Shown here in pieces: positions 1 through 7,693 of a stretch of 64,000 nt of DNA. Each line of letters opens with the position of its first letter. Position 1 is the first letter of the stretch. The DNA is from Paramoeba atlantica. Its lineage: Eukaryota > Protista > Discosea. Made by a program: the position numbers and the translations under genes. The DNA is taken from the NCBI GenBank assembly GCA_977017575.1, contig CDRNVI010000092.1, positions 37,643 through 101,642 on the forward strand. Direction: 5' to 3'. The notes beneath the pieces are model-generated. The model was not told the DNA's origin and searched no databases. It was given only the letters and a program-made list of their open reading frames with translations.

Positions 1-5
1 ATGAT

Positions 6-1868
6 TTGCTCTATACAACACCGATCCCTACCAACATTCCGGACGGATGGCATAAAAATGCGGCCCTGATTTCAGCCGAGAAACAAACACCCGACACAGG
101 ACAAGAAAATATCGGCGACGAGGAAACAATCCATTCACGAGTCCTCGGATCAGGCCAAGAGACACAGTCCGACGGAGACTCCGTTACAAAAAAGTTTGCC
201 CGACGCAAATCATGCATGACACCTTCAAACGCTAAGGGGCACACTCGAGGAATCGCGAAATCTCATCAAAAAGTGCGAGAGAAGGCTACGCCAAGAAAAG
301 AGGAAACGATAGAACCTACAACCCCACATCGATCACACCACAGCGAAGCACCGCCCTCCCAAGATCACCCTGGACAACGAGAATGCCCTGCAGAAAACTG
401 CTCCTGGACAACCCAAGCTCACGGCGGCCAATGGCAGTCTTACTACAACCATGTAGCTTACCGACACGGGAACAGCGTATCCAACGAATGGTGGGAGAAA
501 GAGGGACGATTCCTCTGCAACGCATGCGGCCGACATTACGACGTCAACAAGTTAACATCACATCCGAAGCACTGCAAAGGACGAGCCGTGCAAACCACTT
601 CACCCTCACAAACATCAGAGTGCCTAGGCGAGGCTATTTACGATGTTCAGGGCACAGACAACCTACCACCGCTGGAGACAGTTTGTACAACCCCAATAAG
701 CACGTGCAAGGACGTTCCGCATCGATGTCGACACTTATGGTCTAAGATACTGACAGCAGCCCTTTCCTCCGCGGTAGATGAAAATTCGGTCAGGGCGTGG
801 ACGCTCCTTGCCATGCTCCCGAAGTGTGTACTTCCAGCTCCACACCGAGGAGGACGCAAAGCCCACATTTCATATGCCTCTTACGTCCTGAAGCGAATGG
901 AACTCTGGATTGCAGGACAACACGCCACCCTATGGGACGAGGCTGTCTCTGATCACGAAAGAAAGCCTTCCAAAGGGAACACTCTCAGCAATGAGAACGA
1001 AGCGGAGAAGGCTGCCATACGAGCAGAAATTCTAACCCGTCAAGGTGAATACTCCCGGGGAATGGCTGCACTTACCGCCGCGCCACTAGCCCCCTACAAC
1101 GCCGAAACATTTCAAAAGCTAGAGGAAAAACACCCTAGTCCTCACGGGAATCCCATCACCTGCCCGCTTCCACCATTGGAAGAAAACATTTTGCAACTAG
1201 ACGAATCGGAGGTAAAGAAAGTTGTTAACGGTTTTCGCCGCGGATCTTCAGCTGGAACCATGGGGCTACGACCAGAACATCTGCAAGCAGCGATCCTAGA
1301 ACATGTGGACCATAATTTAAACTCCCTCTCAGCACTCACTTCCTTCGCGAATCATCTCCTGGCGGGTAAAGCTCCTGACGAAGGACACCCTTTCTTCGCA
1401 GGAGCCAGACTTTGCGCACTAGAAAAGGGAGAGGACGACGTGAGACCTATTGCAGCAGGAGAAACCCTTCGACGGATGGTGAGCAAAGCAGCCTGCGTCT
1501 CCGCAAAAGAAAAGGCGGGATCCTTCTTCGGTCGCAGGCAGTACGGGGTTGCAGCGGCTGCCGGATCAGAGCGAGTCATTCATCTCTGCCGCCGACTAAT
1601 GTTCAACAATCTGGAAAACGACAATATAACTTTCTGCAAAGTAGACCTCCGAAACGCATTCAATAACGTGAGCAGACCAGCTTTTATTTTCCTTACACGT
1701 AAGCATTTTCCCGAGCTGTCACCATGGGTGGAGTGGTGTTACGCAAACCCCAGCTGCCTTACCTTTGATAATTCCTTTATCCCCTCAGCGGAGGGAGTAC
1801 AGCAAGGAGATCCCCTGGGCCCCCTATTATTTTCGTTGGTATTGGCAGAGGTAACGGAGGACATAGCA
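6..1868 (+). CDS. CRE1-type non-LTR retrotransposon ORF, 5' part (open at the window edge): zinc-finger region and N-terminal RT, interrupted by a YR-retrotransposon insertion
   Basis: CPAENC...HVAYRH and CNACGRH...HPKHC fingers; RT motifs VRPIAAGE, KVDLRNAFN, GVQQGDPLGPLLFSL. Homology stops at EDIA, where the inserted repeat begins. Confidence 0.9.
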
Positions 1869-3169
1869 GAATTGTTCATCATCGTATTTGTAATCAATAG
1901 AAAGATACTGCCCAATAACATATTCGTTTCACCAGCGCATATTTCCTTCTGCACATATTACTAATAACACTTTGAACTCGTGTAATCCAATCCAAAGATA
2001 AAATAGTTTTTTCACTGGGACGTCCCTTCATATAAATCATAACTTCCAACCAATCACTGTCCTATACCTTGCGATCGGGTAGTACCACGCGGGGACCACC
2101 CACTCGCCAGTTCCTATATACCCAAACGCGAGTCGAAAACACCATAAGAGTCGCCTACTACCCTCATGGATTATTCGATTTCACCTGCCAGTAAACTAAA
2201 ACATTATTTTTTTTTTTTTTTTTTTTTTTTTTGATGATTCTATCTATATAAATCTATATAAATATATCTATATAAATAAGTTTTTTTCTTTTTTTTTTTT
2301 TTGGTGTGATATCTAATTCCCTGTGTTTACAGTACTGTATATCCGACTATATAAAATCATAATCTGCTATACGGATCCGCTGGATTGTCCTTTGAAGTTA
2401 TATAACGCGCCTGCACTGCTATGCCGTTACGTTGGAGGAATTTTAATAACCCGCACAATTCCGCTGTGATCCCATTTTCCGCTGTGATCCCAACTTTCCT
2501 TACGCGAATAGGGAGTGAAAAACAAACTACAAGGTAACAATTGTAATTTTTCTATACACATATTTATCACATATTAATAGATCATAATAAAATATTATTA
2601 TGTGCCCCGTAGGGCCACACATACCCTCTATAATATAGAAAACCTGCAAATCCTCTTCAAACAATTCTTTTCGTAAACTATAAGAATTGTTCATCATCGT
2701 ATTTGTAATCAATAGAAAGATACTGCCCAATAACATATTCGTTTCACCAGCGCATATTTCCTTCTGCACATATTACTAATAACACTTTGAACTCGTGTAA
2801 TCCAATCCAAAGATAAAATAGTTTTTTTTCACTGGGACGTCCCTTCATATAAATCATAACTTCCAACCAATCACTGTCCTATACCTTGCGATCGGGTAGT
2901 ACCACGCGGGGACCACCCACTCGCCAGTTCCTATATACCCAAACGCGAGTCGAAAACACCATAAGAGTCGCCTACTACCCTCATGGATTATTCGATTTCA
3001 CCTGCCAGTAAACTAAAACATTATTTTTTTTTTTTTTTTTTTGATGATTCTATCTATATAAATGTATATAACTATATCTATATAAATAAGTTTTTTTTTT
3101 TTTTTTTTTTTTTTTGGTGTGATATCTAATTCCCTGTGTTTACAGTACTGTATATCCGACTATATAAAA

Positions 3170-5953
3170 TCATAATCTGCTATACGGATCCGCTGGATTG
3201 TCCTTTGAAGTTATATAACGCGCCTGCACTGCTATGCCGTTACGTTGGAGGAATTTTAATAACCCGCACAATTCCGCTGTGATCCCATCTGAACGGGACA
3301 TTCTCCTATTTATGGCAGCCAGGCAGGAAGTATTGTCCACAAACAAATCCACACATGTGTCCCTATTAAAAAAGTGTCCATACTTTTGAAATGCTAATCT
3401 CACCGCTCGTGTTTCCGCTCGATTTACCTCGTAATCAAATCCAACAGGCCATGAAGCTCCCGTGCAACACACTTGCCCGTAGTCCAAATATAGAACTGCC
3501 CCCCAGCCTGTAGAAGACGCATCGGTGCACAGGATATGGCAATGAGGGACGGTATCTGGATGCCGCACGGGTTCAACGGGGGAACGGTGGATCAAAGCAT
3601 CCCGCCACTCACAAAGGGTTCTTCGGACCCCAAAAGGAAGTGGAACGAGTTTGTCCCCTAACGTCGGGTCTCGATTTAAATTATTTATCCGTCGGCGTAC
3701 TATTTTCAATTGCATGTGGTACTGCGGGATCCCGATTCCCATCACGGCCGAACCAAAAATAAGCCTCCCAACCCCTGCCTCCAATCCGGAATAAGTTCCA
3801 TTCATATAGTCATCCAATTGCAACCTTTTCGTAATTTTTGGTCCAAGAGCGACCTTCCCCAATCGATGATGATAATTCACCCCATTAAACGTATAATTTT
3901 GTAACGGAGGGGTACCAACGTCCTTAAAAAGGGCATTCACCTTCAACGCACGCGCATCAATAAACTCGGCATATTTCTTTGTTACTTGATCGTCTGCGGC
4001 ATAACGAATTCCGTCTATATAGACATCAAGACCAGGATGTACAAAAGCGGATTTCCTAGTGCAGTAATTTGGGTCCCCAGCAATGGTCGATGTGATCGTG
4101 TGCATCAGTTCTGGTGCACAGCGATGCCCCATAGGCATTACATTCATTTGATATAGGACCCCGTCCTGATTTGTAAAGCGAAACTTTGCTCGGCTCGCTG
4201 CAGGAATGTTTACTTGAAAGAAGCCGCATGCCAAATCCCTCTTCACCGCCGACTGCTGGCGAGCTCGATGGAGGTAAAAGGCTGCATGCTTAACCGGAAC
4301 ATGGGGTTTGTACGTCTCTTTCACACGCACATTATCAGATTGGGTCCAGGCGATAAATCGACGACGTTCGGCGCCATTTTCGGCCGGTTCTACTACAGTA
4401 AACGGTACTACATATTCCATCGTGGGACTTTTCGCTTCTTGTTCGCGTGATACCTCCGAAATAAAACTTGCGTCCACCAGCTCTGTAATATCTCTTGTAT
4501 TCAAAAACGATTTGCTTTTTGGTGCCGGACTCGGACTTTCCGGCAATGCTGTCAATTTTGACCACGTGTCCTCGAAGCGCTGACGAGTCTGATTATTCAT
4601 CATCTCCTTAACATCTCCTAACTCTATGTTAGGAATACCTTTCTTCACGTGTAACGGAAGCTTTAGCTCCTCCCCTTGTGCGACTCTCGAAGTTCTTCTC
4701 GATCTCGTAATCGTGTGTCTTACCTTTTCATGTGGCACATCTTCCAAAAACTTGCAAAATAGCACTTCGGGATCTAAATAATTCTTAATTTCTTTGTCGC
4801 ATTTTGTGTCCCCAATGCTAATGCCGTCGTCACGGGATCTGCGTTGTAGCGTAGCAGGGATTCCAGGGCCTGGTGTTTGGCTAGGTGTTGTACCTCGTCT
4901 AGACGGAGAGTCCCTTTTACCACTTCGGCGAACAGTTGTGTTATTGCCCCCCTTTTCGCCGAGTGCGTTCCGTACCCCTTTCCTAGAATATCTCGAATTC
5001 TGCTGTCGACCTGGGATACTGGGGTCCGAGACATGGGTTCCCACTGCCCCAATCGGTTGATATACTCGTATAGTTGCCTGGTTCCCTGTCCCTCTATCAC
5101 CGTGTACATGGAAGGGCGGAAAGGATTTAATCGAGACGTTTTCGTGTTCCTGCCCCACGAGATAACTATTCGGTGGGGTGTTACCTCGTGAAATTGCGCT
5201 TTTGTCAAACTTGCTGTTTCGGTCCACCGACTTGCTGCTTTCCAGGAGAGCAGTAAGGTATGTTTTTCGCTCCTTGGGAGATGTCGCCAAAGTCGATGGA
5301 GTAACTCGGGGGTCAACGGTTTCATTTGCCGCACTGGCTCGGTCGCCCCCTCCGCTAGGAGCGACTTTATATAGAATTTCAGCGGATTCGTTTCCGTGCC
5401 CGCGAGGTTTAACAACGTAGCGAGACTTCGCGCGTATGTAATCTTTCCCTGCGCTCTGATGTTCATACTCGCCAGAAACGTTACTGCGTGTATCGCGTTG
5501 AGCGTTATTCCCTTCCCCTTGCAAAATGCGTTCAGTCGCTCCCATAGCCTCGCGCGGCTCTGCCATGTCGCATTGCTCCACATTTCGGACATGGCATCCA
5601 TAGCAGTCCGTATTTCGTCGGTCATATGTGTGACCCCCATCAATAGTCGCAATAATTCCATTCTTTCCGGTGTTGTTTGAACGCTTAGCGTTCCCCCGTA
5701 AACGTGCCCGGAGCGTAATATTCTCCCTTTCAAGTTTACAACACTGTGGACCTTCCCAGCTTGGCTGTTTGAATCTTCGGTTTGTAGTTTCCTCCTCTTT
5801 GATACTGGCATTATTGTTATACTGCCTCTTTTGAAACTGATTGTACTGGCCGTTTGGGTGGGACTTTGTCAGAAGTTCTTGCCGCTGTGCGCAGGGCCAG
5901 CCACCCTTGAACGAAAATCCGGCTGTTGGAAGCGTTTTGGGCAGTTCCGCCAC
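3170..5953 (-). CDS. YR1 RT/RNase H ORF; its 5' third overlaps the YR ORF in the -1 frame
   Basis: KRDLACGFFQV, MPMGH, YIDG; RNase H motifs TDAS, RAET, VDN, NPAD. Confidence 0.9.
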   Translation of the reverse strand: MAELPKTLPTAGFSFKGGWPCAQRQELLTKSHPNGQYNQFQKRQYNNNASIKEEETTNRRFKQPSWEGPQCCKLERENITLRARLRGNAKRSNNTGKNGIIATIDGGHTYDRRNTDCYGCHVRNVEQCDMAEPREAMGATERILQGEGNNAQRDTRSNVSGEYEHQSAGKDYIRAKSRYVVKPRGHGNESAEILYKVAPSGGGDRASAANETVDPRVTPSTLATSPKERKTYLTALLESSKSVDRNSKFDKSAISRGNTPPNSYLVGQEHENVSIKSFPPFHVHGDRGTGNQATIRVYQPIGAVGTHVSDPSIPGRQQNSRYSRKGVRNALGEKGGNNTTVRRSGKRDSPSRRGTTPSQTPGPGIPATLQRRSRDDGISIGDTKCDKEIKNYLDPEVLFCKFLEDVPHEKVRHTITRSRRTSRVAQGEELKLPLHVKKGIPNIELGDVKEMMNNQTRQRFEDTWSKLTALPESPSPAPKSKSFLNTRDITELVDASFISEVSREQEAKSPTMEYVVPFTVVEPAENGAERRRFIAWTQSDNVRVKETYKPHVPVKHAAFYLHRARQQSAVKRDLACGFFQVNIPAASRAKFRFTNQDGVLYQMNVMPMGHRCAPELMHTITSTIAGDPNYCTRKSAFVHPGLDVYIDGIRYAADDQVTKKYAEFIDARALKVNALFKDVGTPPLQNYTFNGVNYHHRLGKVALGPKITKRLQLDDYMNGTYSGLEAGVGRLIFGSAVMGIGIPQYHMQLKIVRRRINNLNRDPTLGDKLVPLPFGVRRTLCEWRDALIHRSPVEPVRHPDTVPHCHILCTDASSTGWGAVLYLDYGQVCCTGASWPVGFDYEVNRAETRAVRLAFQKYGHFFNRDTCVDLFVDNTSCLAAINRRMSRSDGITAELCGLLKFLQRNGIAVQARYITSKDNPADPYSRL
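4774..5811 (-). CDS. YR1 tyrosine recombinase (345 aa)
   Basis: ASRW (R), KT (K), HSAKRG (HxxR), HQALESLLRY (H...Y) catalytic pattern. Confidence 0.9.
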   Translation of the reverse strand: MPVSKRRKLQTEDSNSQAGKVHSVVNLKGRILRSGHVYGGTLSVQTTPERMELLRLLMGVTHMTDEIRTAMDAMSEMWSNATWQSRARLWERLNAFCKGKGITLNAIHAVTFLASMNIRAQGKITYARSLATLLNLAGTETNPLKFYIKSLLAEGATEPVRQMKPLTPELLHRLWRHLPRSEKHTLLLSWKAASRWTETASLTKAQFHEVTPHRIVISWGRNTKTSRLNPFRPSMYTVIEGQGTRQLYEYINRLGQWEPMSRTPVSQVDSRIRDILGKGYGTHSAKRGAITQLFAEVVKGTLRLDEVQHLAKHQALESLLRYNADPVTTALALGTQNATKKLRII

Positions 5954-7008
5954 ATGTGGTCAGGCGAGCGACATCCGAAGCAAAGCCCTCCTCTGCGAAA
6001 TGTTGTAGGTGGTCGGGTAAACCCCGAATCTTGAGGATACGAACGAGCTGCCGTAGATTGCGCCGTGTAGGTCGTGTACGCGCGAGCATAGTGCTTCTGT
6101 CGTTCAGCAAGCTGATCGCTTACGTGATGGTAAAATTTATCGTTCGGCCGAACCTCCTTCTGTAATTTTTCGTGGACCAACTCTACATCAACACGACGTG
6201 CACGCCAGTATGCATCCCGAAGCATCTGAACAATGGCTCTTCCCATTTCTATAAAAGCCCCCTGATTCCATCCGGGCGTCTGACGGGCCAATACGATCCA
6301 CTTGCAAAAGATCCCCGTAAAATTCCGCTCCTGTTGTTTCACAAAAGAACGATCCTGGAAGAACTGATTGACCCTTAATCCAAACTCGGGAGCGTCACGC
6401 AACTCGCGCATTAAGTCTCGGGTACGAAAGCCACCCTCATCCAATGTTAGAAGCCATGGTTCGTAAGTGATTGGTTCGTACGGGTCCAGTGCATTGGGAT
6501 CAAGAATGGGGGGCGTCGTTTCACTAGCAGAAAGGTCTCCTGGCAATCCCTGTTCTCCATGGTCAGTAGTAGTCACCGGACGTGGAACTCGAGATGTCAT
6601 AGTCTGTGTTCGCGGTAATACCGCAGTCGGATCATTAGAAGTACGCAAGTTTTCGGATTCCGTAATACGCATTTCGTCCTGAATGTCAACTCGATAATAG
6701 TTCAACTCGCTGTAGGGAAAGGGATACTCCTTATTTGGCTCGTCGGACCATACCCCCCACAACTCCAATCCTTCCTTTCGTATCTTCCCCTCCAGCATCT
6801 GTGTGGGCTCGTTCGGTTCATCCTTCCTGCGAAATACCGCACGAACTCTTACACTTGGTCTTTCACCTTGAGCAACAAGTAACTTTTCTCTCACAACCGT
6901 ACATAGTTGATTCAAAGCCTGTGCAGGCAGCGGCTCGGTAGGCGCGAGCTCGTCTGCACCGGGTGACACACTCCGTAAATTCCGTAAAGAACGCGTCGAT
7001 GAAGTCAT
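5869..7008 (-). CDS. YR1 Gag-like protein (379 aa) with C-terminal zinc knuckle
   Basis: CFGCRSPDHMWRNC = CX2CX4HX4C; first ORF of the unit. Confidence 0.85.
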   Translation of the reverse strand: MTSSTRSLRNLRSVSPGADELAPTEPLPAQALNQLCTVVREKLLVAQGERPSVRVRAVFRRKDEPNEPTQMLEGKIRKEGLELWGVWSDEPNKEYPFPYSELNYYRVDIQDEMRITESENLRTSNDPTAVLPRTQTMTSRVPRPVTTTDHGEQGLPGDLSASETTPPILDPNALDPYEPITYEPWLLTLDEGGFRTRDLMRELRDAPEFGLRVNQFFQDRSFVKQQERNFTGIFCKWIVLARQTPGWNQGAFIEMGRAIVQMLRDAYWRARRVDVELVHEKLQKEVRPNDKFYHHVSDQLAERQKHYARAYTTYTAQSTAARSYPQDSGFTRPPTTFRRGGLCFGCRSPDHMWRNCPKRFQQPDFRSRVAGPAHSGKNF

Positions 7009-7539
7009 AGCAACTTTCCTTACGCGAATAGGGAGTGAAAAACAAACTACAAGGTAACAATTGTAATTTTTCTATACACATATTTATCACATATTAATAG
7101 ATCATAATAAAATATTATTATGTGCCCCGTAGGGCCACACATACCCTCTATAATATAGAAAACCTGCAAATCCTCTTCAAACAATTCTTTTCGTAAACTA
7201 TAAGAATTGTTCATCATCGTATTTGTAATCAATAGAAAGATACTGCCCAATAACATATTCGTTTCACCAGCGCATATTTCCTTCTGCACATATTACTAAT
7301 AACACTTTGAACTCGTGTAATCCAATCCAAAGATAAAATAGTTTTTTCACTGGGACGTCCCTTCATATAAATCATAACTTCCAACCAATCACTGTCCTAT
7401 ACCTTGCGATCGGGTAGTACCACGCGGGGACCACCCACTCGCCAGTTCCTATATACCCAAACGCGAGTCGAAAACACCATAAGAGTCGCCTACTACCCTC
7501 ATGGATTATTCGATTTCACCTGCCAGTAAACTAAAACAT

Positions 7540-7570
<31 letters not shown>

Positions 7571-7693
7571 GATGATTCTATCTATATAAATCTATATAAA
7601 TATATCTATATAAATAAGTTTTTTTCTTTTTTTTTTTTTGGTGTGATATCTAATTCCCTGTGTTTACAGTACTGTATATCCGACTATATAAAA

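Noticed and set aside
2527-2769. 80-aa ORF repeated at 7047-7289
   Set aside because: It spans the AT-rich B|A repeat junction, has no homologue in YR2 and shows no motifs.
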